Shown here one piece after another: positions 63,679 through 64,000 of a stretch of 64,000 nt of DNA; the first letter of the stretch is position 1; every line of letters begins with the position of its first letter. A program made the position numbers and the translations under genes. The stretch is taken from assembly GCA_002633005.1 (NCBI GenBank), contig NMRA01000007.1, positions 1,908,569 through 1,972,568 of the forward strand. Reading direction: 5' to 3'. The stretch is from Phoronis australis. Taxonomy: Eukaryota > Animalia > Phoronida. The notes beneath the pieces were generated by a model. That model worked only from the letters and a program-made list of their open reading frames with translations. It made no database searches and was not told the origin of the DNA.

Positions 63679-64000
63679 GTCAGTTCACTTCGTTTGTACC
63701 GTGATGTGGTGTTCTTTTAGACAGTCATCCTTCTCTTCCAGGGTCATAACTTCCGTGTGAACTCCTCTCCTGGTTGTCACAACTTTTACATCCAGTGTGG
63801 ACTCAGCTGTACAGATAAACTTGTAACACAAACAAAGAAATGATGATCGTCATTATGAATCATCTTTACCATCTTGTTGAACATCGTCACACCCAAAGAC
63901 CGCATGACGCAGTTGTACAGTTATCCTCAATGAGTATTTCCCTTTTGTAGCAAGTGATAAAAATTTGCAGAAATGTCTTTGTGTAAATATGTAGATATTT

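Overview
Eukaryotic, AT-rich, intron-rich animal genomic DNA, probably a marine invertebrate (inference from gene structure and repeats). There is no prokaryotic content. I reconstructed four protein-coding genes by hand from GT-AG boundaries and exon phase. (1) The 5' part of an LRRC74A/B-like gene on the minus strand (7851 down to 1592, apparently continuing off the window start). (2) A complete 39-coding-exon ATG2 gene on the minus strand (59699 to 12007, 2038 aa by my exon sum). (3) An 848-aa single-coding-exon LRR-FN3 type I membrane receptor (44482-47028, +), nested antisense in the 9.2-kb intron after ATG2 coding exon 12. (4) The first coding exons of VPS72/YL1 (+, from 62760), head-to-head with ATG2. 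Introns carry MITE-like inverted repeats, two tRNA-derived SINE heads, a LINE 3' fragment, a Helentron-like element, tandem repeats and one 221-N gap. The most notable observations are the nested receptor, a 31-bp array made of copies of ATG2's last ten codons plus stop, and a VPS72 acceptor choice that could turn an upstream ATG into either a uORF or an N-terminal extension. I found nothing I can call a wholly new biological system; no database searches were possible.
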